Of a stretch of 64,000 nucleotides of DNA, positions 62,509 through 64,000 are shown piece after piece. Position 1 is the first letter of the stretch; each line of letters opens with the position of its first letter. This DNA is from Squalus acanthias (lineage: Eukaryota): the NCBI GenBank assembly GCA_030390025.1, contig CM059432.1, positions 124,870,001 to 124,934,000 of the forward strand. The letters run 5' to 3'. Below the pieces are notes generated by a model. It did not search any database, was not told the DNA's origin, and was given only the letters and a program-made list of their open reading frames with translations. Made by a program: the position numbers and the translations under genes.

Positions 62509-62624
62509 CTGTGAAGTGAAACCTCATTACTTTTGTAAACTAGATATTTCCAGGCAATCTATACATTTTGAAATACTAGATTATCAAATCAACCCTTTGA
62601 AAATATGTGCAGCTGGACTTTCCA

Positions 62625-63840
62625 ATGAACATTGTGTCAACCTTATTGAATTCTTTGAAGAAGTAATGGAAGGGGTAGACAAAGGTAGTAGACGTAATAT
62701 AGTTGGATTTTCAAAAGGCCTTCGATAAGGTACCGCATAGTGGACTCATGACTAAGGTCAGAACATGTGAAGTCCGGGCACAAGTAGCACAATGGATAGC
62801 AAGCTGGCTACAAAATAGAAAACAGAGAGTAGGGATTAAAGGTGGTTACTCAGACTGGCAGTAGCGGGGAAGTGGTGTTCCACAAGGAGCGGTGCTGGAA
62901 CCACTGTTGTTCGCCATTTACATAAACAATTTGGACTCTGAATCGGAAGTACAATTTCAAAATTTGCGGACGGCACCAAATTGGGTGGTATAGTTAATAC
63001 AGAGGAGGACTGTGACAAAATACAGCAAAACATTAATAAACTTTCAGAATGGGCTTGTAATTGGCAAATGAACTGTGAGGTGGGACATTTTAGTAGGCAG
63101 AATAATTCTTTGGGAAATAAGTGTCTAAGTGGGGTAGAGGAGCAGAGGGATCTGGGGGTACAGATACACAAGTAATTAAAAGTAGCGATGCAGGTTAATA
63201 AGGCCACAGAAAAAGCAAACAAAGAGCTGGGGTTCATTTCTAGAGGGATATAATTGAAAAGCAGTGAAGTTATGTTAAACTTGCATAGAACCTTGGTCCG
63301 ACCACACTTGGAGTACTGTGAGCCGTTCTGGTCTCCATATTATAAAAAGGATCTGGAGGCATTGGAGAAGGTGCAAAAAAGATTTACTAGGATGATACCT
63401 ATCAGGAAAGATTGAACAGGCTGGGGCTCTTCTCTCCAGACTGAGGAGAAGACCTGATAGAGGTCTTCAAGATTATAAAAGGGTTTGATAGGTTAGACGT
63501 AGAGAAGATGTTTCCACTTTCGGGGAGACCAAAACTAGGGGTCATAAATATAAGATAGTCACTAATAAATCCAATAGGGAATTCAGGAGAAACCTCTTTA
63601 CCCAGAGAATGGTTAGAATGTGGAACTCACTACCACAAGGACATAGTTGAAGTGACTAGCATAGATGGATCTAAGGGGAAGCTAGATAAACATATGAGGG
63701 AGAAAGGAATAAAAGGATATGTTGTTGGGGTTAGATGAAGAAGGGTGGGAAGAGGCTCATGTGGAGCAGAAACAATGACATGGACCTGTTGGGCAGAAGG
63801 CCTAATTCTGTGCTGTAAATACTATGTAATATTATGTAAG
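62625..63840 (+). mobile_element. Decayed CR1 3' portion
   Basis: NLIEFFEEV, GVPQG.VL, RPHLEYC, NLFTQRMVRMWNSLP. Confidence 0.9.
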
Positions 63841-64000
63841 TTGTGTCCTATTTTCCTATGTGATTTATCGACATTGAGCAGGTAAAATAATTTCCCATCG
63901 GGAACAACACCAACTTATATTATACATAGCTCCCTTAACGTATTAAAACATTCAAAGGCACTTCACAGGAGCGTTATCAAAAAACAAAATTTAACACCAA

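Overview
Vertebrate nuclear DNA, very probably a cartilaginous fish (inferred from the Deu-domain SINE, CR1, L2 and Penelope families present), and dense in transposons. Two host genes lie on the minus strand. One is a complete COX6C (CpG-island promoter near 20.2 kb; coding exons 19290-19177 and 12208-12077; 81 aa). The other is the 3' coding exons of RGS22 (62508-62353, 59173-59024, 55083-55063, 53637-53523), giving the same COX6C-RGS22 order as in mammals. The most unusual feature is at the left edge: the 5' end of a foamy (spuma)-like endogenous retrovirus. It has a 1139-bp LTR, a perfect tRNA-Lys1,2 primer-binding site and a splice donor in R, but its first ORF after the leader is a foamy-type RNase H rather than Gag. 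The window also holds two Penelope-like families carrying minimal hammerhead ribozymes, including tiny ribozyme palindromes inserted with 12-14 bp target duplications. Other elements are a full-length hAT-Buster transposon with an 8-bp TSD, a 1.66-kb solo LTR, Harbinger-type MITEs and Myb remnants, and a candidate RGS22 splice donor supplied by a Penelope repeat. All family calls come from motif recognition by eye; no database searches were run.
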